64,000 bases of DNA, from the NCBI GenBank assembly GCA_965237955.1, contig OZ250169.1:7680001-7744000 (forward strand), given 5' to 3'. Both the position numbers and the translations under genes were made by a program. Positions 60,713 through 64,000 of the stretch are shown here, in pieces (within the stretch, counting starts at the first letter, position 1; every line of letters starts with the position of its first letter). The notes beneath the pieces are model-generated. The model had not been told where the DNA came from. It did not search any database and was given only the letters and a program-made list of their open reading frames with translations. This DNA is from Candidatus Marinacidobacterales bacterium. GTDB taxonomy: Bacteria > Acidobacteriota > Vicinamibacteria > Marinacidobacterales > SMYC01.

Positions 60713-61777
60713 ATGTCAGATGTCAAAATCTCCTCCGATGAGTCCGAAGGCGTCTTCAACGAGTTCATCCAGGACCAGCTCGAAGACGTCCTCGACGACA
60801 TTATTAACAAGGGGGATCTCGACCGCTTCGACGACAGAGGCAGCGACATCATCATCGAGATGGACGACATCGTGCCACCGGAGTTCATCTACGGGGACGA
60901 GGCGAGCGGCGGGGGCGGCGGGGGGCAGGGCCCGGGTGGCGAGAAGGGCAAGCTCCGGTTCCGCATACCGTTCCAGGCTTTCATGGAGCTTCTCGGGCAA
61001 AAGCTCAAGCTCCCGAACCTGATCAAAGAAGGCGACGGGCGCATCAAGGAGTTCTCCTACACGTTCAAGACCTTCGGCCAAGTCGGTGTCATCCTCGACA
61101 AGCGCCGCACGTTCAAGCGGGCGCTTCGCTCGAGCATCGGTCTCGGCGTCTACGATCCGGCAAAGGGGCTCTTCGACGTTGAAATCCGACGTCGCCACCG
61201 GCGCTTCAAAGTGCCCCAGCGCGAAGAAAAACCTCGCTACCGCGCCGTCTGCTTCTATATGGGCGATATCTCGTACTCGACGTATGGTGAGCGCCTCGAG
61301 ATGGAAAAGCGATTGGTGAACTTCATCCATCAATGGCTCGACTTCAACTACGGCGCCGGAAACGTCGAACACCGTTTCTTCGTCCACGACGTCGAGGCGC
61401 ACGAAGTCTCGCCCACGGACTTCTACAAAGTGAGTAACGCCGGTGGGACGCGCGCGTCGATTGTGTTCGACCTCGTCTCGCAGATTGCGTTCAACGAGTA
61501 CGAAACGACGTCCACCAACTTCTACGGCTTCTATTTTGGTGACGGCGAAGTGTTCGAAGACGATGCGAAGAAAATCGTCGAGGTCCTCCAAACCGGGATG
61601 AAGGCGAACTTCAACAGAGTCGGAATCGTCGAGGTGAAGCCGAGCCAGTTCAGCTACTTGAACCGCGAGATCAAACGGGAGTTCGAAAAAGACGACGTCG
61701 TCCGTATGGGGACGCTGCGACAGCGCACCGAGACCGTGGAAGTGATCAAGAGTCTTTTTGGAGTGCGCCGTGCGTAG
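60713..61777 (+). CDS. yeaH: YeaH/YhbH (DUF444) vWA-like protein
   Basis: Gly-rich GGGGQGPGG, LKLPNL, LDKRRT, MIDAS-like DISYS, GGT and FGDGE motifs. Confidence 0.8.
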   Translation: MSDVKISSDESEGVFNEFIQDQLEDVLDDIINKGDLDRFDDRGSDIIIEMDDIVPPEFIYGDEASGGGGGGQGPGGEKGKLRFRIPFQAFMELLGQKLKLPNLIKEGDGRIKEFSYTFKTFGQVGVILDKRRTFKRALRSSIGLGVYDPAKGLFDVEIRRRHRRFKVPQREEKPRYRAVCFYMGDISYSTYGERLEMEKRLVNFIHQWLDFNYGAGNVEHRFFVHDVEAHEVSPTDFYKVSNAGGTRASIVFDLVSQIAFNEYETTSTNFYGFYFGDGEVFEDDAKKIVEVLQTGMKANFNRVGIVEVKPSQFSYLNREIKREFEKDDVVRMGTLRQRTETVEVIKSLFGVRRA

Positions 61778-63395
61778 CGTCCACACCGACACGGTCCTGA
61801 GCGAGCTCGAAGCGCGAGTTCTGCACCATGCCGGCAATTTCGGCCGCCAGCTTCCGGAGATTCGCTTTTTCATCCTCGAGCGGCTCGAGTTCGCGTCACT
61901 TCTGGAGAAGGATGTCTATCCCACGAGCCCGATCAACATCTGGGAAGGCAAGCGGATGGTGCACAAAAAGCACGCCATCGAGACCGGGCTCGAGTCGTCT
62001 TTGTTCTACGAAGTCGTACAGACGGGGAATCCTTCCTACGCGTACCTGAACGACTCCAACAACGCGGTCACGCAGGCCTCGGTCATGGCTCACGTCGTCG
62101 GACACTGCGAGTTCTCCGAGCGGAACGTGCTGCGCGATTCCAACCAGAATCGTACCGAGTATGTAATGTATCTCGTCAAGAAAGTCGATCGCGCTCGCCG
62201 GCAAATGGGTGAGAAAGACTACCTGGAGTACTGGAATGCGGCGGAGTCGGCGACGACGCTTATCGCACCCAACTCCCGGTTCAACTTGGCGCGATCGACG
62301 GAGACCGAGAGATCCTTCCGCGGTGAGCAGCTCCGTACCGATGAGATCGACAAACTCGAGCCGAAAGAAGTCGTTCCCGTGTTCGACACGCTCACGACAC
62401 TTCTGGCGGGAACAGGCAACGATAGTACGTTCGAGACCGAGCTCAAGAAAAAGCGGCGCGACGAGACCATGAGCCGGAAGGGCTACATCCTCAAAGCGCC
62501 ATGTCAGGATATCCTCGATTTCTTGCGCAACTATGCTCCGATGAGTCGAGCGGAGCATGCGATTCTCGACTACAAGTACGTGACCAAGGCGCCTCAGGAC
62601 TTCGTGATGCGCACCCAGATTATGAACGAGGGCTGGGCGATGTACTGGGAGAAGAGGATCATGCACGCTCTTTTCGAAGAGCGTGCGGTCAACGGCGTCA
62701 TCGACCACGCCCGTGTTTTCGCGAACGTGTGCCGCCCGCGGCCGTACTTCCAGAGGAATCCGTATCACCTCGGCTACAACCTGTGGTGCCACATCGAGCA
62801 GCTGTATCGAGACGGCAAGGTGAGCCTCGACTACCGTGAAGAGACCGACCGCGACAAAAAGAACAAATGGCAACAGGACAGCGATATCGACCCCATCGAA
62901 GCTATGGGGCACCTCGTCGACACGATCACCGACTACGAGTTCTTGAGACGCTTTCTCACAACCCAGCTCATCCACGATCTGCATCTCAACCGCGTCGACC
63001 GAGACACCGCCGAGCGGCTCGGCATCAAAGATGGCGTCGTCGTCGACCGCGACGAGTTCTGGGTCTGGGTCGACCCAGAGCCAATCAAGGACGAGATGCT
63101 CTGTTTTTACACGCACTTTTACCGGCCCCGCATCTACATCATCGATGCCGACTATGAGGACGGCGGACTGCTCTTGTACCACCGGGACGACGGACGCTCT
63201 CTCAGAAAAGACTGGATTCGACCGACGCTGCGCAACTTGAACTTGATTTGGAAAGCTCCGGTGGCGCTTCTGACGAAGGACCAGCTGTTTGCGGTCACCG
63301 GCAACCAGTACAAGAGCGAGGAAGTGAAACCCGTTGTGTTCGAACAAGTCGTCGAGCGCATGCGGAAAGGGGAACGAGCCTTCCGTCCAACTTGA
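61770..63395 (+). CDS. spoVR: SpoVR/YcgB-family protein
   Basis: YEVV..NPSYAYL, MAHVVGH, RTQIMNEGWA and NPYHLG motifs. Confidence 0.85.
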   Translation: MRSVHTDTVLSELEARVLHHAGNFGRQLPEIRFFILERLEFASLLEKDVYPTSPINIWEGKRMVHKKHAIETGLESSLFYEVVQTGNPSYAYLNDSNNAVTQASVMAHVVGHCEFSERNVLRDSNQNRTEYVMYLVKKVDRARRQMGEKDYLEYWNAAESATTLIAPNSRFNLARSTETERSFRGEQLRTDEIDKLEPKEVVPVFDTLTTLLAGTGNDSTFETELKKKRRDETMSRKGYILKAPCQDILDFLRNYAPMSRAEHAILDYKYVTKAPQDFVMRTQIMNEGWAMYWEKRIMHALFEERAVNGVIDHARVFANVCRPRPYFQRNPYHLGYNLWCHIEQLYRDGKVSLDYREETDRDKKNKWQQDSDIDPIEAMGHLVDTITDYEFLRRFLTTQLIHDLHLNRVDRDTAERLGIKDGVVVDRDEFWVWVDPEPIKDEMLCFYTHFYRPRIYIIDADYEDGGLLLYHRDDGRSLRKDWIRPTLRNLNLIWKAPVALLTKDQLFAVTGNQYKSEEVKPVVFEQVVERMRKGERAFRPT

Positions 63396-63410
63396 GAAGA
63401 GGGTACGGCT

Positions 63411-64000
63411 ATGGATCTGCGAAGCTTCTTGGGTGGTAGCAAGCCGCGGAGTCTCCGGTTTACCGAGTTCGTCGATGCCTTTACCGAAGACCCCCTGGGG
63501 TGCCTCAGAACCAGTTCGACGCTGATCTCCGAAGCCATCCAGCATTTCGGTTTCGAGATCGTCGTCCGTAGCGGCGAGCCCGCCGTGAGCTATAACGTTT
63601 TCAAAGACCCGTTCTCCGCCGGCACGAACGCCGTGTTCGGCCAGGAGTACTGCATCAAGCAGATCGTCGACGTGATCGAGTCGGTGGGGAAGGAATCTAG
63701 CCCGCAGCGCGGCATCGTGCTCGTTGGACCTCCGGCATCCGGCAAAACCAACATCGTCGACCTGATGAGCCTCGCCCTCGAGGAGTACTCGAAGTACGAA
63801 AAGGTGAAGCTCTATTCGTTCTACTTCCGCTTCGAGAACAACGGTCGCGTCGTCGAGTTCCGCCCCAGGTTTCGCCACAACCCGATTCTCCTGTTCCCGA
63901 CGAGCTCGCAACACGATGGCAAGACGACGCACCCCCGCCAGGAGTTTTTCGAGCACGTCAATCGGGACCGGCCCGCCAACGATCGTGTCGTGTTCCCGAC
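63411..64000 (+). CDS. Second PrkA-like AAA+ protein (partial, runs off the window end)
   Basis: Hand translation MDLRSFLGGSKPRSLRFTEFVDAF...FKDPFSAGTNAVFGQ...IVLVGPPASGKTNIVDL. Not in the ORF track. Confidence 0.8.
   Translation, partial: MDLRSFLGGSKPRSLRFTEFVDAFTEDPLGCLRTSSTLISEAIQHFGFEIVVRSGEPAVSYNVFKDPFSAGTNAVFGQEYCIKQIVDVIESVGKESSPQRGIVLVGPPASGKTNIVDLMSLALEEYSKYEKVKLYSFYFRFENNGRVVEFRPRFRHNPILLFPTSSQHDGKTTHPRQEFFEHVNRDRPANDRVVFP

Overview
A 64-kb GC-rich bacterial chromosomal segment. The gene content (Acidobacteria-type Hfq and PilM, PadR stub, M28 peptidase, DUF1800/DUF1501) suggests Acidobacteriota, which is an inference. From left to right it holds: a type IV pilus/T2SS pilC-pilB-pilM operon; smpB and hfq; a complete IS630; holB and tmk; a three-gene DUF4388/PATAN-Roadblock, TPR-cNMP and DUF4388-PilZ signalling cluster; a SenA-like non-heme iron enzyme; peptide uptake and hydrolysis genes (OPT, PqqD-like, M28, M20); a giant repeat-DUF1800 gene split by one TAA, plus DUF1501; an amidase, an atypical IMPDH, a proline-racemase-family enzyme and nnrE; an IS pile-up (two ISL3 elements with 8-bp TSDs and an IS200 inside an ECF sigma gene) next to a decayed exeA; a sigma54 activator with a divergent -24/-12 promoter; metB-like, pgm, manA and a phosphomannomutase; a metal ABC cluster; an amidohydrolase; an OvoA-like enzyme; a patch of fused gene fragments; and a prkA-yeaH-spoVR-prkA2 operon. 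At least 13 accessory genes are broken by nonsense codons, frameshifts, internal deletions or IS insertion while core genes are intact, which points to ongoing genome erosion, although single-base indels could be sequencing errors. No rRNA, tRNA, tmRNA or CRISPR array was recognised. The strongest novelty candidates are the DUF4388/Roadblock/PilZ/cNMP module near the pilus genes, the highly structured ~480-bp non-coding end of the second ISL3, and a switch-like leader upstream of the twin-PrkA operon. All family assignments come from motif recognition, not from database searches.
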